A DNA stretch of 64,000 nt, taken from assembly GCA_964590105.1 (NCBI GenBank), contig CAZPYM010000003.1:8179-72178 (forward strand). Reading direction: 5' to 3'. The stretch comes from an uncultured Gammaproteobacteria bacterium (GTDB taxonomy: Bacteria > Patescibacteriota > Patescibacteriia > UBA11705 > JABHMO01). The position numbers were made by a program, and so were the translations under genes. A model generated the notes under the pieces. It saw only the letters and a list, made by a program, of their open reading frames with translations, did no database searches and had not been told where the DNA came from. Positions 54,745 through 64,000 of this stretch are shown here, piece by piece (the stretch's first letter is position 1; every line of letters begins with the position of its first letter).

Positions 54745-55842
54745 TTAGCGATTAAATTGGCCGGTGATTGAATAAATTGGCGTAATGATTGACAGCGCGA
54801 GTAGGGCGACCATCAGGCCGAGAAATATGAACAAAATGGGTTCCAAGAGAGTCGTTAAATTTTGAGTGATATCATCAAGTTCATCATCATGAATACTGGC
54901 GCTGTAAGCAAGGGCATTGGCCATGGACCCCGATTCTTCGCCAACGGTAATGATCTGAACGTCGGTTGCCGGAAATAATTTCGGGTGATCCGTGAGCGCG
55001 TCGAATAGCGATCCGCCGCTTTTTATTTTTGAATTGACTATTTCCAAATGTTTTTGATAATGCACGTTGTTGATTGTTTTGGTACAGATGCGCATTCCTT
55101 CGTCAATAGTCACTCCGCTGTTGAGCAGGATGCTCAAACTGCGGTAGAACATTGACAAGTTAGAATTTCGAGAAATCTGTTTGATGAGCGGGATCATTAG
55201 AAATAATTTATGTGTAAATGGCTTGACGAATTTTTGGCGGGATAGAAATATGAACAAAACAATAATCATCACCGCAACTATTAGAGTCAGCAAGCCGTGA
55301 TTTTGAATGAAATCAGAAACAGCGATCAGCGCTTTTGTTGACCAGGGCAGTTCAACGCGAAAGCTTTTAAATAACCGACTGATTTTTGGCAGAATAAAAA
55401 CAGCGATTCCTATGCCGAGAAAAAGAATGCCGGTTATCACTATGGCCGGATAGAGCATGGCGCTGACAATTTTTTTATGCAGCTTGTAGCTTTTGTCCAG
55501 CTGATCAGCTAGATATTCCAGATTTTTTTCCAGTGTGCCTGATTGTTCTCCGATTTTTATAATATTGATGTAGATTTCAGAAAAAGTTTTTGGATATTTT
55601 GATAGTGCCAGACTAAATTCAACCCCTTTGTTTGTTTTTTCAATAATGCCGGTTAAAAGAATTTTTAGCTTGGCTGTCGCCTGTTTTTGCAGAACAGCCA
55701 ATGCTTCCGACAGAGTGGATCCGGATTTCAGCATTATGGCCAGATTTTTGGTAAATAAAAGAATTGCTTTTTGAGAAATTCCACCAAAAACGATTGGCTG
55801 GCGAAGTTTGTTTTTTCTTTTGGAATTCATAATTTTGTCCAT
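54745..55842 (-). CDS. pilC: type IV pilus assembly platform protein PilC (GspF family)
   Basis: Two T2SF repeats, 'LSRLLKSG', 'GEESGSMANAL'-type motifs, and TM helices. Confidence 0.8.
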   Translation of the reverse strand: MDKIMNSKRKNKLRQPIVFGGISQKAILLFTKNLAIMLKSGSTLSEALAVLQKQATAKLKILLTGIIEKTNKGVEFSLALSKYPKTFSEIYINIIKIGEQSGTLEKNLEYLADQLDKSYKLHKKIVSAMLYPAIVITGILFLGIGIAVFILPKISRLFKSFRVELPWSTKALIAVSDFIQNHGLLTLIVAVMIIVLFIFLSRQKFVKPFTHKLFLMIPLIKQISRNSNLSMFYRSLSILLNSGVTIDEGMRICTKTINNVHYQKHLEIVNSKIKSGGSLFDALTDHPKLFPATDVQIITVGEESGSMANALAYSASIHDDELDDITQNLTTLLEPILFIFLGLMVALLALSIITPIYSITGQFNR

Positions 55843-55851
55843 AAGAGATTG

Positions 55852-57531
55852 TTATTCGCGCGTTACCCGCAGGATTTCTTCAATAGTGGTACCGCCTTCA
55901 AGCATTCGTAAAAGGCCATCCTCCATCATTGGTAGCATGCCGAGTTCAACAGCTTTGGCTTTGATGGTTGAGGCATTGGCTTTCTCCATGATTAGTTTTT
56001 TTATTTCTTCGTTCATCTCCAAAATTTCAAATATTCCTTGCCGGCCCTGGTAGCCTGTTTGCTGGCAGGCGGCGCAACCTTTGCCATAGTAAAGAACAAG
56101 GTTTTGATCAAGTTTATACTTTTTTATAATTTCGGCGGAAAGTTGTTTTTGAATCAGTGCCAATGTTTCAGGACTGGCTTTGGTTTTATAGCGGCACTTT
56201 GGACAGATTTTTCTGACCAGGCGCTGGGCAATGGCAATGTTGATGGTTGAGGCGATTAAAAACGGTTTGACTCCCATGTCTGAGAGACGTGGGAGAGTGG
56301 TGGCCGCGTCATTGGTGTGGAGCGTGGACAGCACCAAATGGCCGGTCATGGCGGAATTAATCGCGATTTTGGCCGTTTCTTCGTCGCGGATTTCGCCGAC
56401 CATGATAATGTCCGGATCCTGCCGCACGATGGCGCGGAGCCCTTTGGAAAAGGTCAGGTTTGTTTTTGAATTGACCTGAATCTGATTGATGCCTTCAATA
56501 TCGTATTCCACCGGATCTTCAATGGTTGAAATGTTTACTTCTTCTTTGTTAAGAATTTTTATAATCGAATAAAGCGTGGTTGTTTTACCGCAGCCCGTCG
56601 GCCCGGTAACAAGGATCATGCCCCACGGCTTATCAATATTGTTTTTTATCAGCTTAAGATCACGCGGATTGAAGCCTAAATTTTCCAGATCATATTGCCG
56701 CGCTTTTTCTGACAGCAGGCGCATGACAACTTTTTCGCCGTAAATTACCGGCACGATTGATACTCTGACGTCAACTTTTATTTTATCCGCTATGAAGCGC
56801 AGTCGTCCGTCTTGGGCCGCGCGGTGTTCGTCAGTCCGCAGGCGGGACAGGATTTTAATCCTGGTGACGAGCAGGTCATGAAGATGCTTTGGCAGAACGC
56901 TTATTTCATGCAAAATTCCGTCAATGCGCAGGCGCACAACGGTTTTATCTTCATGAGGCTCAATGTGGATGTCAGACGCTTTGTTGGCGTAGCCGAGCTG
57001 GAGCAGTTTATCAACAATTTTGATAATCGGTAGATCCTCGGCTTTTGACAGCCGGTTGTCAAGCCTGGTAACCAGATCTTCAAGTTTAGAGTCCTTGGCT
57101 GAGCTAGGATATTGGTTTAGAATTTTGCTGATGCTTTCCTGGTCGGCAAAATATAAAATAACTTTCTGGTCAACGCGTTTGGAGAAGTTGTCTATGAATT
57201 CTTGGTCAGCGGGGTTATTCATCGCCAGATGGATACCGTTTTTATCTTTGCCAAAAACAACAGCCAGGCTTTTTTTTGCCACGATTTCCGGCATAATTTG
57301 CAGAATTTGGGGATCGATTTTTATTTCATCCAGGCTGATGTAATTGACATTGAAGTGTTCGGCAATCATCCTGGCCAGTTTTTCTCTGTCGATTGTTTCC
57401 TGAGTAATAACCAAATCATACAAAGAAATGGCTTCTTTCTGTGCTTGTTCCAGATATTTTTCAACTTTTCCTTGCCGGAGGATTTTATTTTTGATCAATA
57501 TTTTCCCCAGTGTTTGATCAGGTAATCTCAT
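55852..57531 (-). CDS. pilB: type IV pilus assembly ATPase PilB (GspE family)
   Basis: N-terminal T2SE_N domain, Walker A 'GPTGCGKTTTLYS', Asp/His boxes, and tetracysteine 'CPKCRYK...CAAC'. Confidence 0.85.
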   Translation of the reverse strand: MRLPDQTLGKILIKNKILRQGKVEKYLEQAQKEAISLYDLVITQETIDREKLARMIAEHFNVNYISLDEIKIDPQILQIMPEIVAKKSLAVVFGKDKNGIHLAMNNPADQEFIDNFSKRVDQKVILYFADQESISKILNQYPSSAKDSKLEDLVTRLDNRLSKAEDLPIIKIVDKLLQLGYANKASDIHIEPHEDKTVVRLRIDGILHEISVLPKHLHDLLVTRIKILSRLRTDEHRAAQDGRLRFIADKIKVDVRVSIVPVIYGEKVVMRLLSEKARQYDLENLGFNPRDLKLIKNNIDKPWGMILVTGPTGCGKTTTLYSIIKILNKEEVNISTIEDPVEYDIEGINQIQVNSKTNLTFSKGLRAIVRQDPDIIMVGEIRDEETAKIAINSAMTGHLVLSTLHTNDAATTLPRLSDMGVKPFLIASTINIAIAQRLVRKICPKCRYKTKASPETLALIQKQLSAEIIKKYKLDQNLVLYYGKGCAACQQTGYQGRQGIFEILEMNEEIKKLIMEKANASTIKAKAVELGMLPMMEDGLLRMLEGGTTIEEILRVTRE

Positions 57532-57667
57532 AATGAAGCATTATATTTTAACGTTTTAATTATAACATATTTGAGGGCAAAGCAAAATGGTTCTGGTTGA
57601 TTTTTTATGATTTATTTTGTTTAAATTAATAAAAAACGCCCTCTCGAGATAATCGAGAGGGCGGAAA

Positions 57668-58702
57668 CTAAATGTTTTTATATTTTTCGCTTCGGTTGCG
57701 GGCGATTTCCTCAGTGATCAGATCTTTTTCAAGCAATAGATTTATGGTTTGCGCCATGGAGATCATACCGTCTTTTCTCCCCGTCTGGATGGCTGAATAT
57801 ATCTGGCTGATTTTGTTTGACCGTATCTGATTGCCAATCGCCGGATTGTTAAGTAAAATTTCTCTCGCCGCTATCAGTCCTCCGCTCTTGGCTGGCAAAA
57901 GTTGCTGAGCGACAACTCCGCGCAGAACAGAGCTCAGCTGGACCAGCACTTGTTTTTGTTTATCGCCTGAGAAAACATCAACAATGCGTTCAATAGTTTC
58001 CGCGGCAGAGGAAGTGTGCAGGGTGGAGAAAACCAGGTGGCCGGTTTCTGCGGCTGTTAGCACGGTGGCAATGGTTTCCGGGTCTCTCATTTCTCCGACC
58101 ATAATTACGTCCGGATCCTGGCGCAGGACATGCTTGAGCGCGGCGGAAAAAGATTTTGTGTCGGTGCCGATTTCTCTTTGCTCAATTAAGCTTTGTTGAT
58201 CTTTGAAAATAAATTCAATCGGATCCTCAATGGTAATTATGTGGGCTTTTCTGGTCTGATTGATTTGTTCAATCAGGCTGGCAATGGTGGTTGATTTCCC
58301 GCAGCCGGCCGGACCAACAATCAGGACCAATCCGTCAATCAGGGTGGTAAAGTCGAGTAGCGGCTTTTCAAGCCCCAATTCTTTCGGGGAGGGGATTTGT
58401 TCAGGAATAAGTCTGGCGGCTAAGCCTATTTTTCCTTGTTGCCGATGCAAATTTATTCTAAATCGATAGTTTTCCAATTCATAACCAAAATCAAGCTCAA
58501 GATTTTTTTCAAAAGCTTTTTTTTGTTTATCATTTAAAATTTTCATTATGGCCGATTCGAGCTCAGCGCTTGGCAATAGGGAGTCTTCGATCGGGTTTAA
58601 TTCTTCCTGAATTCTCAAGATTGGTTTTTCTTCTCCAACCAGGTGCAGATCAGAAGCTTGATTTTTGACGGCCGTCAAAAAGTATTGTTTTAGCGGTTGC
58701 AT
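57668..58702 (-). CDS. pilT: type IV pilus retraction ATPase PilT
   Basis: Walker A 'GPAGCGKSTTIASLI', 'VGEMRD' and 'GHLVFSTLHT' are PilT/PilU hallmarks. 344 aa. Confidence 0.85.
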   Translation of the reverse strand: MQPLKQYFLTAVKNQASDLHLVGEEKPILRIQEELNPIEDSLLPSAELESAIMKILNDKQKKAFEKNLELDFGYELENYRFRINLHRQQGKIGLAARLIPEQIPSPKELGLEKPLLDFTTLIDGLVLIVGPAGCGKSTTIASLIEQINQTRKAHIITIEDPIEFIFKDQQSLIEQREIGTDTKSFSAALKHVLRQDPDVIMVGEMRDPETIATVLTAAETGHLVFSTLHTSSAAETIERIVDVFSGDKQKQVLVQLSSVLRGVVAQQLLPAKSGGLIAAREILLNNPAIGNQIRSNKISQIYSAIQTGRKDGMISMAQTINLLLEKDLITEEIARNRSEKYKNI

Positions 58703-58838
58703 ATAGAAGTATATTGTTAAATTGTTTTATTGTTGTAATTGTAGCATAAAGAAAGCTAAAATAAAAATGGTTGAATGAGAAGATAATTTTTAAATAAAAA
58801 AATCACCCTGGCTTGCGAGGCGATTTTTTTATTTGATT

Positions 58839-60254
58839 TTATTCAGTCGGGAAAAATTTGAATGTTGATAGGAGGTCATCTTTAAAGGAAGAGAAATCAT
58901 AGCCCTCGATGTCGCCGTTGAAAAAGAAAGTAGCGCGTCGGCCGTAGTATGAATCATTTTGGTCATAGATTTCAAAATAATGATAAGCGCTTTTGCTTGC
59001 CGGCATATTGATGCCATCTCCAACTGATGAGAGCCACTTGATATGATCAAATTCCAGTGACCAGTTGTTGTTGGTAGTGACTTGTTCAACATGATTTGTA
59101 TATTCAGATTCATTTTTTTGATTATTGTATAGCCACTGAATTTTGTCCATGTATAGATCAACGGCAAATTCACCTTGCAATTGTTTGCCGTTTTGGACAG
59201 GTGGTGTGATTTTTACTTTGTTACCATTAGCTAATGTTAATACCCAGTTCGGATCATAACAAAATTCATAATGCTCAGTGGCTTGGTAATCTTGTTTAAA
59301 GTATTTTAGATCGGCATTGGTTGGACAAGTTCCTAGAGTAATACTTGATTTCCATGCATTAACGGAATTTGCTTCAGTTTCAGTAAATTCAAAAGTATTC
59401 CAAAGGCCGTCCATAAAAAACTGCTCGTCACTATCAGCCATAAGGTAGGACAGGGTAACGAGATGTTTGCTAATTTGATTCTGGGCGACAATATGATATG
59501 CAGTGTTATCATCGAAGTCTTGAGTAATCATTTCAGCATAGGTGCCTTCTGCGTTATTTGAAGCATGCCACGTAGAGGTATTGCCCATTAGCATGGTTCG
59601 GTATTCTTGGATTGAGCTATAGAAATCAATGTCTTGACCGATTCCATCAAGAGACCCGCCTTTTAACCTTGCAAAAGAGATTGTGTGATCAGCGTTTTCT
59701 TTTACTTCGCCTTTGTCGTTATAACAAAAAGTGTATTTGTCGGTTGTGTTCGTGTAGCGTTTCATATCCATTGGACAAACTTCACCGAGATCGACATTTA
59801 AACTTGCTCCACCTGTTCCCATTTCAATTTGCTCCAGGTTCGCATTTGTGATTCCGAGCCCCATGGTTTTCATGAGTAACCAGGCATCACCTGGTTTCCC
59901 AAGTGAAAGTAGTTGTTTGTTGCTTGGGTCAATATAATAAGCCTCGCCGTTTTTTTCAACTCGTAGGACAATCCGCCCAGCGTATTGGGCCGGTGAAAAG
60001 CCGTCCCAATTATTATAGGTTTGTTCGCTGATTCCGAGCCCCAAAGTTTTCATGACATTAAAAGCGTCAATTGGGCGACCTAAATAATAGCGTTTTAAGT
60101 CAACTGGGTAAACATACCAGGCTTCGCCGTTTTCCTGAACTTGTAACAAAATTTTTCCTTTGGTGGTTTCGGCAATGGATTTCGCACTAGCAGTTGCCGC
60201 TGAACAAAAAACAATAGCCAAGATTGTGAAGAAAATTACGGTTTTCGTTTTCAT
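58839..60254 (-). CDS. secreted hypothetical protein (signal peptide), head of the pilus gene cluster
   Basis: 'MKTKTVIFFTILAIVFCSAATASA' signal. It contains two paralogous ~70-aa segments ('GRPIDAFNVMKTLGLGISEQTYNNWDG' and 'GKPGDAWLLMKTMGLGITNANLEQIEMG'). Confidence 0.5.
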   Translation of the reverse strand: MKTKTVIFFTILAIVFCSAATASAKSIAETTKGKILLQVQENGEAWYVYPVDLKRYYLGRPIDAFNVMKTLGLGISEQTYNNWDGFSPAQYAGRIVLRVEKNGEAYYIDPSNKQLLSLGKPGDAWLLMKTMGLGITNANLEQIEMGTGGASLNVDLGEVCPMDMKRYTNTTDKYTFCYNDKGEVKENADHTISFARLKGGSLDGIGQDIDFYSSIQEYRTMLMGNTSTWHASNNAEGTYAEMITQDFDDNTAYHIVAQNQISKHLVTLSYLMADSDEQFFMDGLWNTFEFTETEANSVNAWKSSITLGTCPTNADLKYFKQDYQATEHYEFCYDPNWVLTLANGNKVKITPPVQNGKQLQGEFAVDLYMDKIQWLYNNQKNESEYTNHVEQVTTNNNWSLEFDHIKWLSSVGDGINMPASKSAYHYFEIYDQNDSYYGRRATFFFNGDIEGYDFSSFKDDLLSTFKFFPTE

Positions 60255-60362
60255 AGATTTTAACTCGATTAGTTATTTGCGATTTTATTGTAACACTATG
60301 AAAAGACTTTTGAAAATTTCGATACTTCACTGCAGCCCTAAAGGGCCGTGAACTTTTTAAGG

Positions 60363-61604
60363 TTATTCATGCCTCAATGCTTCAATCGGATTTTTCTTCG
60401 CGGCCTGCCGTGCGGGATAAAGTCCGAAAATAACGCCAACAATGATTGACATTAAAACAGCAATAACTAATCCGTTCCAGGAAATTGAAAAAGCCCAGGT
60501 AAATCCTTGCGCGGTGGCGATGATGGAAACCAGCCAGGAGATTGCGATGCCGATTATAATACCAATTATGCCACCGGCTAAAGTTAAAATTATTGCTTCA
60601 GACAAAAATTGCCACAGAATATCTTTGTGCTTTGCGCCGTTAGCTTTGCGCAATCCAATTTCAAAAGTTCTCTCCGTTACAGAAACATACATGATATTCA
60701 TAATGCCTACACCGCCAACGATTAAAGAAATTGAACCGAGCGCAATTAATAAAATTTGAATTCCGTAAATCACAGTATCCATCATGGCCATCATTTGATC
60801 CATGCTGATGATTGCGAAATCATCTTTGTTTGGATCAGAAATTTTATGCTGTTCGCGCATTATTAAATTCAGGTCTTTTACTGTTTGGTCGCCTTGATCA
60901 GTGTCGTTCATTTGAGCGATTATAAAAGAAACATAATCAATGCCCAGGATTCTTTTTTGTAAAGTATTGAGTGGCATGAAAATCATATTGTCCATGTCCA
61001 TACCAAAGGAAGCGCCCTTTTCTTTCAGTGTGCCGATGACTCGGAATTTGTCTTTGTCGATTTTTATTGATTCGTTGAGCGGATCTTGTTCGCCAAACAA
61101 TTTAGATTTAATTTTAGCGCCGAGCACAACTACTTTTGTCAGACCTTTGTCTTCTTGCTCGGTAAAAAATCGGCCGGTTTCAATTTCCGCAGTATCAATG
61201 TCAATAAAATCAGCATTGGTGCCAAATAAAAGAGCTTTTTTAATTGCGCTTTCATAATTAGCTAGTTTTTGTCCCATTACGCCGGCATAATATCTTTTGA
61301 TATTTGGATGGCGGGCGACAGCTTCGGCATCTTCTTGTTTCAGTGTCGTAATAACCGAGCCGCCGATCATGGAAAAAGCATTATCTATTGAGGTTTGGGC
61401 TGTTTGCGGAGTTTTGACTTCTATTTCAATAAAGTCCGTGCCAAAAGCTTCCAGTTCACCGACGATCAAACCTTTAATCGCCTGGCCGGTTGACAGCACG
61501 ACAATTACCGCGGTGATCCCGATCACAATTCCAAGAACCGTCAGGACAGTGCGGCCCTTGTTTTTGGTGAAAGTTGATAAGGCGATTTTGATTGGGAGAA
61601 ACAT
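60363..61604 (-). CDS. ABC transporter permease, FtsX/MacB-like
   Basis: N-terminal TM plus a MacB-type periplasmic domain, and C-terminal 4-TM FtsX domain 'LRKANGAKHKDILWQFLSEAIILT'. The start is taken at the internal ATG (MFLPIKIAL). Confidence 0.7.
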   Translation of the reverse strand: MFLPIKIALSTFTKNKGRTVLTVLGIVIGITAVIVVLSTGQAIKGLIVGELEAFGTDFIEIEVKTPQTAQTSIDNAFSMIGGSVITTLKQEDAEAVARHPNIKRYYAGVMGQKLANYESAIKKALLFGTNADFIDIDTAEIETGRFFTEQEDKGLTKVVVLGAKIKSKLFGEQDPLNESIKIDKDKFRVIGTLKEKGASFGMDMDNMIFMPLNTLQKRILGIDYVSFIIAQMNDTDQGDQTVKDLNLIMREQHKISDPNKDDFAIISMDQMMAMMDTVIYGIQILLIALGSISLIVGGVGIMNIMYVSVTERTFEIGLRKANGAKHKDILWQFLSEAIILTLAGGIIGIIIGIAISWLVSIIATAQGFTWAFSISWNGLVIAVLMSIIVGVIFGLYPARQAAKKNPIEALRHE

Positions 61605-61701
61605 AGAACTGGAAACTGGAAATTTGAAATTATGGTTGAGGCAAGTTGGCGTTAACAAGATAACTTCAACCCCAGTCTCTAGTTTCTAATTTCTAGTTTT
61701 A

Positions 61702-62934
61702 TTATTCATAACGCAGAGCTGTAATCGGATCGAGCCTGGCCGCTTTTTTTGCGGGATAGATGCCGAAGATCAGGCCGATGGCAAAAGCAAAAACGCAGGA
61801 CAAAATGATTGAAAAAAGTGTAATTCTGAAATCCCAGTCGTAGTCGAGTTTATTAACGATTATTGAAATTAAATAGGAAATAAATATTCCGATCATGATT
61901 CCAATAATTGCGCCCAGAAAAGAAATTATAATTGTTTCAGTTAGAAATTGATTGGTTATCTGGTTCCCCGTGGCGCCGACTGCTTTGCGTAGACCGATTT
62001 CTTTAATTCTCTCTGTTACGGAGGCCAGCATAATATTCATGATGCCAATGCCGCCAACAATGAGCGAGATGAAAACAATGGCAATTAGAAAAAATTGTAA
62101 AGCATTAGTTACGGTGCCGAGCGCCTGCATAGCGTCGGCCGTACTACGAACAGTGAAGTCATCGTTTTCCGGATTTTCAATGTTGTGTTGATCGCGAAGC
62201 AGGAGTTTTATTTCTTCAACTGTCTGGTCCATGTTTTCTTCAGAGTCAACCCGAGCGCGGATAAATCCGAGGTGATCAATGCCGACAACTTTTTTTTGCG
62301 CGGTTGTGATTGGCAGGAAAACCATGTTGTCGATATTTTGAAAGCCGGCTGTGCCGACCGCTTCCAGCACGCCGATGACAACGAATTTATTGTTTTTTAT
62401 TTTAATTTTTTCGCCGATCGGATTTATTCCGGCAAATAACTCTTCGTTTACCTGTTGGCCGATTACTGCGCTGTCGCTAATATTGCGTTCGTCTTCTTCT
62501 GTGAAAAAACTGCCCTGAGCCGTTGTGATGTCGGCTAGTTTTGGGTAGCTGGCGGAAGTTCCGTAAATTGAAGCAGTGGTTTTTTGATTTGACCAGGAAA
62601 TGGTTTCCGTGGTGCTGACAAATGATGAGACCGCTTCTACGTGAGGAATTTTGGCGATTTCTTTTGTGTCATCGTCCGAAAGAGTGGTGATTACAATTCC
62701 CATAGCGGCCGCCGGCGGGCTGTCTTCGTCTCCGCCGCCGGGCATAATACTGATTACATTTGAGCCAATGCTTTTAAATTGATTGGTAATCAGACTTTGT
62801 GCTCCGGCAACAACAGACGTAATGATAATTATTGAAGAAATTCCGATAATAATTCCGAGCATAGTTAAAAAAGAACGCATTTTTTGAGCGCGTAGATTTT
62901 TTAGCGATTGTTTGATTGTCGTTTGGATAAACAT
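61702..62934 (-). CDS. ABC transporter permease, FtsX/MacB-like (paralog)
   Basis: Same architecture, with 'LRKAVGATGNQITNQFLTETIIIS'. Confidence 0.7.
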   Translation of the reverse strand: MFIQTTIKQSLKNLRAQKMRSFLTMLGIIIGISSIIIITSVVAGAQSLITNQFKSIGSNVISIMPGGGDEDSPPAAAMGIVITTLSDDDTKEIAKIPHVEAVSSFVSTTETISWSNQKTTASIYGTSASYPKLADITTAQGSFFTEEDERNISDSAVIGQQVNEELFAGINPIGEKIKIKNNKFVVIGVLEAVGTAGFQNIDNMVFLPITTAQKKVVGIDHLGFIRARVDSEENMDQTVEEIKLLLRDQHNIENPENDDFTVRSTADAMQALGTVTNALQFFLIAIVFISLIVGGIGIMNIMLASVTERIKEIGLRKAVGATGNQITNQFLTETIIISFLGAIIGIMIGIFISYLISIIVNKLDYDWDFRITLFSIILSCVFAFAIGLIFGIYPAKKAARLDPITALRYE

Positions 62935-63060
62935 GGGGGAATTGGAAAGTTGAAACTGGAAATTAGAAATTAGAAACTAGGGTCGAGGTTGGAAATTGAA
63001 ATTAGAAATTGGGGTTGAGGGGTACAAAAAAATCTAATTTAACCCTAATCTCCAGTTTCA
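62935..63060. repeat. intergenic repeat cluster (gaaactggaaatt / gaaattagaaa / ggggttgagg units and their inverted copies)
   Basis: Related copies occur at 61605-61700 and 63465-63530 (for example 'ctaatttccagtttcaaatttctagtttc' against 'ctaatctccagtttcaaatttctggtttc'). An inverted repeat GGTTGAGG...CTTCAACC lies at 61634-61671. Confidence 0.7.
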
Positions 63061-63464
63061 AATTTCTGGTTTCTGGTTGCTGTTTTTTTTCGATCCAGTT
63101 GTGATTTTATTAGGCCGTTCAGTTTAATTAAAATTTGTTCACTTAAGCCAATCGTTTTTTTAAATTTTTCTTTATCAATAAAGCCTCTCTCATAAAATAG
63201 TTCCAGCCAATGTCGTGATTCTAATAATGAGCCGCGAGCGTTATAATAAAATTTGTTTTTGTCCCCATAATGGAATCTTCCATATCCTTCGGCAATGTTT
63301 GCCCCGACCGAATCAGTGCTTCTAACTGCCTGATCGCCCATGATTTTTTTCATTTGCCAATCTAGCGTTTTGTAAATCTCCCAAACCAATACGCTATGTT
63401 CACGAGCTAATTTATATACATCTAAATTACATAATTCAACATAATCACGTTTTTTATTTTCCAT
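63045..63464 (-). CDS. four-helix-bundle protein (TIGR02436 / bAvd-like family), inserted between ABC transporter genes
   Basis: 'IAEGYGRFHYGDKNKFYYNARGSLLESRHW'. The start is taken at MENKKRDYVELCNL, and the gene is flanked on both sides by the repeat family above. Confidence 0.65.
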   Translation of the reverse strand: MENKKRDYVELCNLDVYKLAREHSVLVWEIYKTLDWQMKKIMGDQAVRSTDSVGANIAEGYGRFHYGDKNKFYYNARGSLLESRHWLELFYERGFIDKEKFKKTIGLSEQILIKLNGLIKSQLDRKKTATRNQKFETGD

Positions 63465-63526
63465 AGTAGTTTTATTTGAAAATTTTAGTTTCAACCCTAA
63501 TTTCCAGTTTCAAATTTCTAGTTTCT

Positions 63527-64000
63527 TTACTTCGCCAAATCGTCACCATCTTTAAAAATGTGCCGGGTTTTTACTTGTTTGTCAGTTGAAACGAGTCCGT
63601 CCCTCATGAAAATTATTCGTTTTGCCGCATCCGCCACATCTTGTTCGTGCGTAACCATGATAATTGTTTTTCCTTGTTTATTTAAATCTTGAAGTATTTT
63701 CATAATGGCGGCGCCGGATTTAGAATCAAGATTTCCCGTTGGCTCATCAGCCAGGATTACGTCCGGGTCGTTAACCAGCGCTCGCGCAATGGCTACACGT
63801 TGTTTTTCTCCGCCGGAAAGCTGATTGGAGAAATGATCTCGGCGGTGTTCCAGACCAACGGCTTTTATGGCTTTGTCTGTTTGCGTTTTGTGTTGTGAAC
63901 TTGGAAGATCGCTGTAAACAAGAGGCAATTTGACATTGTCAAAAACCGTTGTCCGGGCCAGTAGGTTAAAAGACTGAAAAACAAAACCAATTTCTTTATT
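63527..64000 (-). CDS. ABC transporter ATP-binding protein (MacB/LolD-like), 5' portion beyond the window end
   Basis: '[15 protein letters not shown]' (ABC signature), '[11 protein letters not shown]' (Walker B/D-loop) and 'MVTHEQD' (H-loop). The reading frame continues open to position 64000. Confidence 0.8.
   Translation of the reverse strand, partial: NKEIGFVFQSFNLLARTTVFDNVKLPLVYSDLPSSQHKTQTDKAIKAVGLEHRRDHFSNQLSGGEKQRVAIARALVNDPDVILADEPTGNLDSKSGAAIMKILQDLNKQGKTIIMVTHEQDVADAAKRIIFMRDGLVSTDKQVKTRHIFKDGDDLAK

Noticed and set aside
55808-57525. Several 70-107-aa plus-strand ORFs inside pilB/pilC (55808, 56038, 56231, 56812, 57020, 57202)
   Set aside because: They are antisense to well-supported GspE/GspF-family genes and lack an RBS or motifs.

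Overview
This is an AT-rich window (about 38% GC by eye) with compact, mostly co-directional genes, short intergenic spacers carrying near-consensus TTGACA-N17-TAnnAT promoters, and a gene content typical of a small-genome bacterium, possibly Candidate Phyla Radiation (CPR)/Patescibacteria-like. Recognisable genes include:
- isoleucyl-tRNA synthetase (ileS), which carries an inserted histidine-phosphatase domain
- ruvA
- a peptidase U32
- a FemAB / glycosyltransferase / M20 peptidase / LtaS-like cell-envelope cluster
- a ComEC competence domain protein plus a separate ComEC-type metallo-beta-lactamase (MBL) protein
- an MgtE Mg2+ transporter and an MFS transporter
- two TrmB-like regulators
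- a minus-strand type IV pilus cluster (PilT, PilB, PilC plus several prepilin-like genes)
- a MacB/FtsX-like ABC transporter operon that runs off the 3' edge of the window

RNA genes are six tRNAs (Ala-TGC, Val-CAC, Pro-CGG, Ala-CGC, Leu-CAG, Pro-GGG), a truncated 5' tRNA-Val fragment, a roughly 600-nt GC-rich RNA flanked by a promoter and a terminator with several RNase P RNA-like motifs, and a separate roughly 200-nt small-RNA candidate flanked by a promoter and a terminator.

The main unusual points are:
- a roughly 190-aa histidine phosphatase (PGAM-like) domain inserted into IleRS
- several conspicuously GC-rich (about 50-58%) genes embedded in AT-rich context, including one that resembles an outer-membrane beta-barrel protein and one lipoprotein
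- a diverged chimeric U32'-ruvA' pseudogene copy
- two four-helix-bundle (bAvd/TIGR02436-like) genes, each flanked by tandem repeat arrays and with no reverse transcriptase in the window
- a tiny lysine-rich (KKRKAAP)x4 repeat ORF next to an ATP-grasp plus methyltransferase pair
- many short AT-rich tandem repeats immediately upstream of start codons

No CRISPR array, rRNA, transposase or integrase was recognised.
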